In this document: in pieces, positions 48,791 to 59,995 of the stretch | Layout: each line of letters starts with the position of its first letter | How positions within the stretch are numbered: position 1 is the first letter of the stretch | Source: Lama glama | Lineage: Eukaryota | Direction: 5' to 3' | Assembly: GCA_028534125.1 (NCBI GenBank) | Contig: CM052816.1 | Location: 36,024,001 to 36,088,000, forward strand | DNA: 64,000 nucleotides | Made by a program: the position numbers and the translations under genes | Notes under the pieces: generated by a model | Told to the model about the DNA's origin: nothing | Databases searched by the model: none | The model's input: the letters and a program-made list of their open reading frames with translations, nothing else

Positions 48791-51114
48791 AGTTGCTGAG
48801 TGCGGGGGACAGGGGGATTGGGGGCAGTGGCACCTGACGTGGAAGAACCTGGAGACGTGGCCACACCGGTGCCCAGGGCGGGTCAGGAGGGGCTCCCAGC
48901 GAGCCGAGCGCTAGCCTGTCACCCCTGCTTGCCCAGCAGACCAGGCAAAGGACGGTCTTGGTTTTCTGACTCACTTCTTCAGTCCCGGTGTCCCCACCCA
49001 CTCCTAACCTACATGTGTCCCTCTACAAGGATTTGTAGCTCCTCTTCTCTAGAAAACAGAGCTCCGTAATAACCCGGATTTCCCCATCACAAGAGCACTC
49101 TCACTGGTATCAGAACTGAGTTTAAAAAGGAAATTGAACAGTACCAGTTTTATTATCTCAGTACATATTTCAGTCGTTAGTCATGAGAAAACATATAAAA
49201 GTCTTGATAGTATCTCACATTTGATCCATAAAATAAGAAAAGGAATATTGAGTCCCACGGAGGGAAAACACTAGCATACAGTGAATTCACACTTTCTCAG
49301 GCAACAGGCTCTTGCTGTTGGCTGATTTTTTTCACTTTGTGAAAGAATCTCATTCAGAAAAAGGGAAGAGGAAGACTTCAGTTGTGGGACCGACACTCAT
49401 TAAGTGTCTGAAGTATCATCCTGTTGAGAGGAAACGATGGCCAGCTTAAGAATTTCCATATTGGTTTCTCAGATTAAAAAACAACAACAAAAGCAAAAAG
49501 CCAACATGAACAGAGAGCACTAAGATGGGAAACACACACTCACCAGCTAGCTGGTTGATTGCATGATTATTAGGAATTATAGAGTCCATTGAGGTTCATA
49601 AGCAAGATATTATTATTCAGATGTACCCACAGTGCTTATGACTGGTTTTCCCTCATTTGTGGTTAAATTCAATATTTCACTAAAAATCATTATGTGTCTT
49701 CTATAACATTCATTTAATGGAGTCATTTAACTGTCAAGGGCTCCTGTCAAAGTAATTGTTCCAAAATGCTTCAAAATATCAAGAGCTTTTTGCTGTTCAG
49801 CTGAGTTTAACCTGAATCATTTTTTTTTTAATGAAAGGTAAAATAGCACAGAATTAGCAGCAAAAAGATGTTCATTTACAAGAAGCGCCGTGGCCTGGTA
49901 GTTGGTTAAATTGAATTTTCAACCAGGTTTTAGAACCACAAGCACATCCTTTGCTGTCTATTCAGTAGGGAAAGGGTTTCCTCTCTTCCTTTCGCCACTG
50001 AGAGCAGGGGCGGCAGAGCGAACGTGGGCGTCTCTCACACAGTAGACTGTGGTCATAATTAAACTAGAGGATTCTTAGGGGAGAACTGGCCCTCAGTTGA
50101 ATTTTCCTCTCTCTTAATATGCGTGGAATGAACAAGATGATTGGGAAATGGCTCTTTTCACCCTTATTACGTTACCAGGCGCTCTACTGCTGATCTCAGG
50201 AGCAAGCCTGACTGCCCACTCGTCAATTTTATGGAATGTCCTTACTAGGCCAGGGGAATATTTCAGCTCCTCAAGGCCCTTAAAAGCTCTTCCAAGGTTT
50301 CCAAGAGAAAAATGAAAGCTGTAGCCTTTTGGCAATCCTGCTGGAGGAAGGCTTAAGTTTAGTGGTGGCTATAGGGGGCCAAAATGCAGATACAAACTAG
50401 GATTTGGGAGAAGGGAAGAGGAGCGTTTCATAACAGGAAATCCACCTCGTCACTCAGACTCAGGACCCAAACCAGAGTATTCTTACCAAGTTCTGCTTAT
50501 CTTCAGCAAGATGTATTTCCTTTTTAATTCTCCATGTTACACAGAATTTTTAAAAAATACAGTTGTTGGATAGATCTTGTATGAAGTTTCTTTCCTGTTT
50601 ACTTTAAAAATTAAGTACCCTCCTCTGTCTAGGTTCTCTGTTCCAAGCGAGACGCTAGGCCACGTGGTCGTCTCCTTGGGAACAGGCGGTGTATTAAGCT
50701 GTTCTCATCGCTGATTGTTGCTCAGGCAGACTCAGCCCATCCCCTCAATCTGACAAACACTGTTTTTAAACTACAGGAGTTATAAGTATAGAAGTTATTT
50801 TGGTAAGAGATTGGCACCCGGAAGGTCGGTGGTTTTTCTGTCGGTGATAGGTCTGCAGAACTGTGCGTCAGTAGATTTTGGCTGTTGTCAGGTATGTAGA
50901 CTTCCCAAGGCAAAGAGTTATTTAAGAAACCTCAAAAATAATCACTTTAGGAATGGTTCTCATAAACACTAACCTAATGAGGACATGTGTGAAAGAAGTT
51001 TCATGTTGTTATTTTTAAATCAGAAGATGCAAAGGGGGAAAAATAAGGGCGCAGTAAGTTATTTTTGTTAAGTCAGTAGAAACGCTGATACTGAATGTCC
51101 TGTTCTGTAAAGTA

Positions 51115-51255
51115 AGGAAAACTGAGTCGTGGGCCCTTCTCTTAACTAGCTGTAAGGATCTCGGGTACATCGTTTAATCTCTCTGGATGTCTCATTCCAC
51201 GCCTGTGAAATAATGAGGTTGCAGTAGATGATTTCAGAATGTCGTGGAGTTTCAG
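51115..51255 (+). mobile_element. MIR (MIR3-like) fragment
   Basis: taactagctgtaaggatctcggg...tttaatctctctgg...ctgtgaaataatgaggttgcagtagatgatttc. Confidence 0.62.
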
Positions 51256-51519
51256 TGTCCCAGCTTGATTGTATGTTGTCGTGGGCTCTGCACACCAGGG
51301 TGAGAGCCACGTCTGTAAAACGGCCCAGCCCAGTGCCTTACTGAGTAGATGGTCAACAAACGCCAGTTAAGAGGATATTTTGGGGAAAAACGCAGAGTGG
51401 AGCAGTGTATTAGAGTTACTGAACTAGTTCTATCTTGGCCACCCGACCCAAGCACCATCGTCTGGTTGTGACGAATGCAGCGGGCTCCTGTCTGTTTCTG
51501 CCTCCTGTCACTGCTTTGT

Positions 51520-52003
51520 CAAAGCCCTCCTGTCTCAAGACAAAAAGCCCAGGTCTCTAACCTGGCAATCACGGCCCTCCTCGGTGGGTCCTCTTCTCTT
51601 CCCCACCCTCGGCCTCCTGGGCTTCTTGTCCTAACACCCACTACCTGCTGTCTCTGCTCCCTCCATCCTGCCTGCCTTGGTCCTCACATCTGCCCAGCGC
51701 CCCCTGACATCAAGGCCTTGGTCCTTCATCTTCTCTCTGCCTGGGGTTGTCGCTGGCCCAGGCACTCTCGTCCCTAGGTCTCACTTGCTTTAGTTTGTGC
51801 CCCAAACTGTCTTTATCCGAGAGGCTGTTGTGCCCTCCCTGTATAAACACAGCGTCTGTATCTTCTCTGCACTCTTGCTCTGCTTTCTTTTCCCTCAAGC
51901 GCTCATCACCCCTGACGTTACTCATTTGTGCTTGCTTGTTCACGAATTTCTGCTCCCTGCCCTGTATAACGTTACTTGGCACATAGTAAATGTTCAATAA
52001 ATA
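51520..52003 (+). mobile_element. L2 3' end
   Basis: aaaagcccaggtctctaacctggc...catcaaggccttggtcc...ctctgcctgg...cttggcacatagtaaatgttcaataaata. Confidence 0.78.
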
Positions 52004-52004
52004 A

Positions 52005-52175
52005 GACTCACTAGTGTTTGCACAGCACTTACTCTGTTCCAGGCACTGTGCTAAATTCTAAATTCCTACAGTTCTCAAAACAGCACAGTCAGGAACTGTT
52101 CTTAGTTGCCATTTTATAGGCGAAGAAACTGAGGCACAGAAAAGTTAGGTAACTAGAAAAAAGTTCACACCGATG
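52005..52175 (-). mobile_element. MIR SINE
   Basis: agcacttactctgttccaggcactgtgctaa...ccattttataggcgaagaaactgaggcacagaaaagttaggtaact. Confidence 0.82.
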
Positions 52176-53754
52176 AGAAATAACTGATTGGAGAAGAAAT
52201 TGAGTAACCAACTGAAAGGAAGTGAAGAGATAAAGTCCTAGGTCTTATATGCTTAAAAGGGAAAAGCATACTTTATTTTGTATTAAAAAAGAAAAGAATG
52301 GAAACAATTAACACTACTGTTTAGAGGATATTATTTTATAAACTTTACTGGAACCCCAGATCAGGTAGTAGCAAGATACATGTTAAACGCATTTATGCAT
52401 TTTCAGCTCTGCAAAGCAGACTTTTCCATCTCCAAAAGGTTTTTCAACTATATCCTCCCAGATGATTGACCCTTTTAATTCAGTAACTTCAGAAGCCAGA
52501 AAAGTTGAATTTTCAAAGAGATTCTTCTTAAATCCACTGCATATTCAGCATCCAGACTGAATAGTGATTGAACACTTGATTCAGGAAATGAGTTTTAATG
52601 AGAGGCCGAGAATAAGGAAGACAAATTCATTTTCTGAAAATCATACTAAAAAGGCGGACAGTTCTAGCATTTGCCACATCTAAGGTATAGCTGATTTTTT
52701 TCGAAAGAAGATACTCTAGAGTAAAGACAGTTTACAGTTGCAGCCCTCAGATGGAAACCAGCGCTTTCTGGGAGATTTTTAGGAAACACTCTTCCTAAGC
52801 TTATTGGCAAGTAAACTTGAATACACCTGGTGCTTTAGTGTTATTACCCCCCCCTTCATACTGATATGCTGATGGAAGTATAGAGCTGGCAAATGTCCAT
52901 TCCTTTGAAGTTAGAATCCTGAAATGTCATTAACAAAATGAACTTTCAGGGAGCTGAAGACTTCTGCTCCGTTCTTTTGAGCATGTGTGTATATTAGAAG
53001 GAAAATCACAGGGACAGTTGATGTTACTGTGGGCATCATTCTTAAATCCATAGTATCTCACTGCTGGAATGCATGTGGTTAACTGCTCATTCCCTGCTTT
53101 ATATACTTTAATTAAAAGTTTACAATCTTAAGCTGTGAAGCAATTTTAATATGCTCTACACAGTTTTTAAAACTGACAAAATAAGTGACATAAATTCTGA
53201 AGGGAAGTCTTACTGAAATGATCAAGATCAGCTTCAGAAATCATTTGATTGTACACGATAATTATTGACTCCTTTAAAAGGTGTAAGAGTATTCAGTAAA
53301 TTCAGAGAATACTAACATAAAGAAAGTGCTTCACTTGCCAACTGGACATGTTCCAAAAGCTTATTTACAGGTGAGTTGTGTGGAATTCAGAGTGCAGTTT
53401 CTCACCGAAGTGTTTCTAAAATCAGCCCAACCCTCCATAATGTGGAAAATCTGCTTAACCATAATGTTGATTTAAAACTGTCTATTTTAAATGAAAAATA
53501 GTAGAAAACAGCCAGTAGAAGAGTTGTTGAATATTTGTTGAATGAATAAATACCGTATTAGTGAACCAAATAGAACAAAAAAGCAATTAAAAATTTTCTT
53601 GGATGCTGATGTTTGAGAAAAGCAGGCAAATGAGAAGCATCAGGTTTACTGCACCCACGGCAACAGGTCTCTAGTTTCTTGAGTGATGTGTTTTGATCAT
53701 ATGCTGGGGATTATATCACAGGAGAGGGGGATACATTACATCAAGGGAGAGAGT

Positions 53755-53928
53755 GGAACATGGTTGAAAAGAAAAAGGGAAAAAGGCATAGACTCTGTTG
53801 AATGCACCCTTGGACTCACATCACTCTTCTGTACCCTTAATCGCTATGTGACTTTGGGTAACTTAATCTCACTGAGCCCCCGTTTCCTTCATCTGTAAAA
53901 TGGGTATATAATAATAGTTTACTATCAT
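53755..53928 (+). mobile_element. MIR SINE
   Basis: gctatgtgactttgggtaacttaatctcactgagccccgtttccttcatctgtaaaatggg. Confidence 0.8.
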
Positions 53929-56900
53929 AATCTTTATTCTTTCCAAGGCTCAATTAAAGACGTATTTTTCAAAGGACCAGTTGACTACCAAAATAATAAC
54001 TTCAATAATTGACATCCAAAAAGTTCTGTACCCTTTGAAAAGTCGCAGCAACTTGAATAGCCCTGATTGATATTTTAGTTTAGTTAAAAAAAAAAAAAAG
54101 CAAAACTCATAAATGCCTTGTAAAAAGTCACATTTTAAGTCCATGCCCTACACTCTGAAGGAACATTATGCCAGGATTATATGCCTAAGGAAGTCTTCAT
54201 CCCCTGTTAGATGTCTGGCTTTTCAGCAGCTTACTTTAGTAATCTACATTAAGAATTATTTTGGTCTTGACAGTTCACACGAAGCCGCCTTTTTTCTGAG
54301 TTGTTCCTATTGAAATAGAAGAGTGTCAAAACGGCACATTTATCAAAGCAGGAGGTAATCTTTTTCATCTTTCATAGTCTTTTACTCTTGCAGGGGAGGT
54401 GACCTGTAAGTGCAATGTACTTTCTTAAAATGAACAACTCAATATTTGCTTCAATGTGTGTGTGCATTTTGCTTTTATTATGGACAAATGTTTTTGATTC
54501 CCGGAGTCCTATTTTAGCATGAAATGTGCTAGCACATACTTCAGCTGAGATTCAGGGGGTTTATAACGGAAATTTCCAGGACGGTGGTCAAATATTAATT
54601 CACCTCCTGCATTTTTTGTAGGTATATAGACTCAGAGCATGGTATTTCGTGAGACATGCTTATATTAAGAGAGAAGGGAGTTTAAGGGCAGTGTTAGGAA
54701 ATTGACAAGTTTTAGTATTTTCTAGAGTAGAAAAGAATGAGTAGGACACAGACATCACATAGTAATTGCTCAGATATAGATAGAGTGTATCTCAGTTTCT
54801 AAAATATAGGGGTTTCTTAAAATGTTGTGAAAAATTTTGAACATACAATGAAACAGGTTTTCTCCTCTTGACACTAGAAGTTTGGGATTTTATCAGATTT
54901 CTCTCTGAAAATAGTCATTCTCTTCCCTTTGTGTACTTCCAGTGGTCTTTAGTGAACCTGCAGGAATGCACCTTTTTATTTAAAGAATGAGTTGAGAGAA
55001 TTGTGTCTGTTTCAAGTTGTCCCTAGCCATCTTTTAGGAAAGCTTGAATGGATTTCAAGGGCTCTTAAACGAAAGTTAAATAAAGAGGATGTTTAGGGAC
55101 TTCAGGATATTCTTCTGTGTTAATTGTAAGTTTCTCATATGAAAACTGTTGTTTATTGCCAGGCGCCCTGTTAGCCTTCTGAACACTATGCTCAGTGTCC
55201 ACTCAGGCACGGCTGCAGTGAGGATGCTTCAGCCAGCATGGTTCAGATAGTCTGAGTAAAATCAAAGGTGGAGGAGGCAATTAATAGGAGCAAAGGGTAT
55301 TTAAAAACACCTTGTTATTTTTAAAATTTTTGACAGTATCGTTTGATCAAGTGGGAGAATTTTAAAAGAAATGTATGCCCTAGTAAATGACTGAGCTAAA
55401 GGATGAGGTACGGTTGAAAAGAATCAAATAAATTAATGCTGGGGTTCTGAAAAAGGAAACTGGGGCAAACATCACTGCTTAATAGATTTTGACTTTGGGA
55501 GCATTCTTAAAGTTCGCATAGGGAGCCTTAAAAGCTGTTGAATAATTGGGGCTTGATGGCAATTCACGGTATCAGCCTTAAGAAACTGAAGGCTACTCTG
55601 CCCACTGATCAAATTTTTCAAAGGCTGTGACACTCAGATAGGAAGTTCAAAAACAAAATAATTTTTATTTGTGTTCCTTTTAGGAATTGAAAATTCTGTT
55701 ATGAGATTGAGGGGACATGTAGAGTTCTGACCTCCTGAGGGGGAGGAAGGAATTATGTCTCCTTTCACTTCCTTGTAATGCCACTGAGATTAAATGCTGA
55801 AATGGAAAGGAATGAAAGGATTGTTCTTTTTATCCCTAAACATCAAAAGTGGCTGCATCTCCGAGAGAAATGACGCACCTGATTAATTGTGTAATTTCAC
55901 AGGGAAGCAGTAATTCTCAGCCTTATAAACATGTAATGTACTAATTTGGTTTCAGAGTTAACTGAAAACAGTTTAATGAGCTGCTGCATCGGGTGTATGT
56001 GCAGTGTTACATAGAGCAGATGCCAGGAGAAATGGAAATAACACGCCAGTGACACTTGGAATAACAGTGTTTATACTTCATTGACTTCAGGTTGTCAGCA
56101 TGCTATTCTCTGTGTTTCCCTTAGTAACTTATTAGGGCAACTGAACTCCAGCGTGATGATGTCTAAGTGTCATTTATTGTAAATTACACAAGCGTGCACA
56201 CACCAAACGCATAGTCAATCTTGAGGGAAAAAAACAGAATTTCCTCATATAGATGACCAAAATATTTTCTGTGAGATGTGCACACAGAGTGAAAGGTGAC
56301 CCTCTCAACACTGTGCATGCGGGAAGAACAGTATTTTGGCCTTTCATCAGAAAAAAATACCATTTCTGCAGATTTTCCCACTCATCTCTTCGTGCTCTAT
56401 TTTAACAGAATGGTCGTGTAACTCTTGGTTTGAAAGTTGTCAGACAGCCTCACAGCAGGCTTATATTATCTACAGAGTTCTTTATGAGGAAATATAAATC
56501 ACCACAAATGAGACTTTTCACAGCCAGAGATATGTAGAAATTTGTGTCACTGCTTTGCTGGCTTGCTAAAAAATATCTCTAGGCTCCAAAGCTCTCTCAC
56601 AACTCATCCCCGCTCCCTACCCTTTTGGGAAGCAATTCTCAAAACTTGAGATTTATGGTCCAGAGAGCTGATAGTGGCTATAAAGTTTTCTATTTTCTCT
56701 TTTCTTTAATATTAATGCAGAGAATGAGGCATTATCATTCATTATTTTAGTTCATGAGTTTCCTGTGGGCTTGAAATATGGTTTCTGGGGATGTGGTTCA
56801 CCTCCCTCTAACAGGGGAAATATGTGGACTTAGGCAGCAGGCTTCTTTTCCATCAAATATTTTTAGGCAGGTTGTAGAAAATCCATGTTAGGAACAGAAC

Positions 56901-57684
56901 CTTAACATACGGGCTGTAGCCAGGTTCAGTTTTAAAATTTAAAGCTTTACAAAATACTAATTCATTCTGAGCCCCCAAAGTAAAGTATCATGAATTGGAG
57001 AATAGCCAGCCAGTCTGTCATTGTTAGAAATTAGAATTATAATAGCTTTTCATTTTACTGTTTCCAGAGATGCCCGTATTTCCCTCTAGCCTGATCGGCA
57101 TTAACATTAGATAAGCTTTAGTTCGTAGTCAGCACTCCCTTTTGCCCTCATGTCTTTGAAAATAAATACTGTCTCTGAATCACTAAGAAAGAGTATATCT
57201 TGTTTTTAACTTAAACGTACCCATTTTTTAGTCGATATCTGGTTCCTAATGTGAATTTGCTTTTTCTGATTTTTTTTTAACAAAAGTGTTTCAAAGTTAA
57301 CTTGTTATGTACATTATCACTGGCTCTGAATTGATGAGGTTTCCTGTATGTTTTGCTTTCACAGTTTCAGTGGGTCCCCAACCTTGATTTCAGAACTTCT
57401 TGCTCTGTTGTAGGCCTCATTTTTAAGGCAGAAATCTAAACAAGGAGAGTGAAATAGAGGTGAAAAATATGAATAGGTAATTTTTAAAAACTCTTAATAG
57501 ACTGCTTAAAGGTCTTGCTGTGTACACCAAGGGGAAGTTCAGCTCAGTCACTTTTGAGACCATGTAATGAATATTGCAGAGATTTAAATGAAAAAAAAGT
57601 AATTATTATTGTAAAAGCAGCACTTTGCTAAAGGCTTACTCCTACATGACTGATAACTGCTCCCCGTCACTTGTGACAATTAAA

Positions 57685-57932
57685 ATGGTAGTGACTTAGC
57701 ATTTACTGCAGGTTCACTGTGCGCCAGGCACCGTATCGAGCACTATATTTGTTTGAACTCATTAAATCCTCATCTGTGAGGTAGGTACTCTTATTATCCC
57801 CATTGTGTAGGTGAAGAAACTGAGGCTGAGAGGGGTTAAGTAACTTGCCTGAGATCATAGTTAGCGCTGGAGTCAGTATTTGAACCCATGCAGTTTGACT
57901 CCAAGTCTGTGCTCTTTCTTTATTCACTTACA
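57685..57932 (-). mobile_element. Near full-length MIR SINE
   Basis: catttactg...actgtgcgccaggcac...taaatcctcatctgtgaggtaggtact...gaaactgaggctgagaggggttaagtaacttgcctgagatcatag...tttgaacccatgcagtttgactccaag. Confidence 0.9.
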
Positions 57933-58789
57933 TCATAATAAATATTTTAAAGGAGTTAAAAGGAGACAGATTTCAAGCCCCCTTGGCAAATCTTTATGTA
58001 AGTCCTGCGTACACTCTGGATCTAAAGGCGGACCCTGCTCTACAGAGGGCTGATGCGAGGTATAGAGGAATGTTTCATGTCAGCTTATCCTTGAGATTCA
58101 CAGATGAGGAGGTGTGTGGAGTTTGAAAGCAAAGCAGAGCACTATTGATTGGTGGTGGGGTCGGAACATGACGACATAATAAAATGTGTCTTTGGCTCTC
58201 CCCACTTCAATTGTGATGAAGACATTTAATGATTAGCAAGACTATTGAAAGTATGCATCTCTTTGGTACCCTGAGTCGTTTTTCAGAGGTTTAAATCTAT
58301 GAACAGAATCAATAGCACGGTGTGGACATTGGAGGATATTATTTGGAGCCTCGTGGCCGACTGTCTCAACATCGCAGCTGGTTAACGTGACGCGTTGGCA
58401 GTTCCCTATTGCCTTGCCTTGTCCCGAAGCAGCACGGCCGCTGCAGTTGGTTTTTTCGTTATTAGTTGTACTTGCTGTTGCCATTGTGGTTATTTAAAAT
58501 CCACCAGTTTCTCACAGACTTGGTTATTACACATTTTTGCAAATTCAAGAAAGAGGAGTAGAGATTCCACAAGAAGGGCCACTTGGAGAACTGAGAACAT
58601 TTGAAATCCTCAGAATGAGTCTGAGGAATCGCAGCAGCTGTGGGCAGTGCCCACACTCACACAGGGGTCCTGGCACTGGTTCACGAGGGCGATGCCAGAG
58701 CTGGGGCGACCACCGGGCGGTCCTCCAGAGAGCAAGCTGCACGCAGCTCATGGGATTTCCTCTCACCCGCCTCCCTCCGCTGATAAGGG

Positions 58790-58970
58790 AATCAGAACAG
58801 CAGAGACTCTGGGATCAATGAAAAGACAAATGTGACTGGAATGGAAAGTATTTGGAAAATAAAACTGGATAGATTGGGCTAGATTATGGAGGGCTGGTAC
58901 GTCTGGTCTGAAGAATGTGGAACTTACCCAGTAGGCAGTAGGAGGGAGGAGTATGTTTCTGAAGGGGAAA
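58790..58970 (-). mobile_element. L2 fragment
   Basis: aactggatagattgggctagattatggagggc...tgaagaatgtggaacttacccagtaggcagtaggag. Confidence 0.62.
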
Positions 58971-59039
58971 CTCATTTGGGCCTTACCATATGACTGCATT
59001 GAAATCACTGGTTTAGGCCTACAAGCAGGCAGGCTACGT

Positions 59040-59282
59040 AACTATAGCTCACAGATAGTGAGCGCTCAGTCATTTTCCACGTGTACGTATGTTGTCTCAT
59101 CCATACCTTATCTCAACTATATGTTAGGCACCATTATTGCTCCCATTTTACAGATGAGGAAACTGAAGCACAGAGAGGTCAGATGACTTGTCTGAAAGCA
59201 CACTCTCCATGGGTCGTGGAGCCAGAGCTGAGCAAAGGCCTCGTGACTCCAATGTCCATGCCCTTAGCTCTTTTCCATGTGT
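59040..59282 (-). mobile_element. MIR SINE
   Basis: attattgctcccattttacagatgaggaaactgaagcacagagaggtcagatgacttgtctgaaagcacac...gtggagccagag. Confidence 0.88.
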
Positions 59283-59754
59283 GGCAAGTAACATTTGGAA
59301 GCTTATTCCATAAATAGTAGTGGTTCTTAGGAAGAAATTATTCTCGTCTCAGAGATATGCATACCCTTTGCTTGAATTTTTGCTGTTTCTGTGTTCCCTT
59401 CAGCTTCCTTGCCACAGCTGCAGAGTTTTATTTTTTTTTTCCTTGCACAGGCTTCTATGATGTTTTTATTAAGTGGAATTGCTAAATCAATAACATTTGC
59501 TGGATTATTAATTTAATCAAATAGCTGAATTTCTGGCCTCTTGATATGATGTGTGGGTTCGTTATTAAAGTCCGTTTTAGAAGATTTATTATAGATATTT
59601 CCTAAAATATTTATATTAAAAATGCTTTACAAATCCATTTGTTCAAGTTTACTTGGGCTGTCAGTGCTTGTATGCCATTAAATTTGTAGAAAATCTACAG
59701 TGGCTGTAGAAGGCTCCATTTCAGTAGTATGCATTAGTTTCTCAACAGTCAGCC

Positions 59755-59995
59755 CTTCAGTACTCACTGAGCTGTGTTTACCCATCAGGTCGATGTAGCA
59801 GACACTGTAGGCGACAATAGAAAGCACTTGGTGCAGTCTCTGTCCTCCAGGAGCTCACAGTCTCGTGGGAGAAAAATACGTTCATGAAAATAGTAGCGAA
59901 AAATAAATAAATCATAAGAGTGACACTGTCCATTAAAAGAGAGAGAGAAAAGATTGCTTCAAGAGGAAGACACTAAAGGTGGGAAGTGCTGATTC
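59755..59995 (-). mobile_element. L2 3' fragment
   Basis: gtactcactgagc...cagacactgtaggc...cagtctctgtcctccaggagctcacagtctcgtgggaga. Confidence 0.62.
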
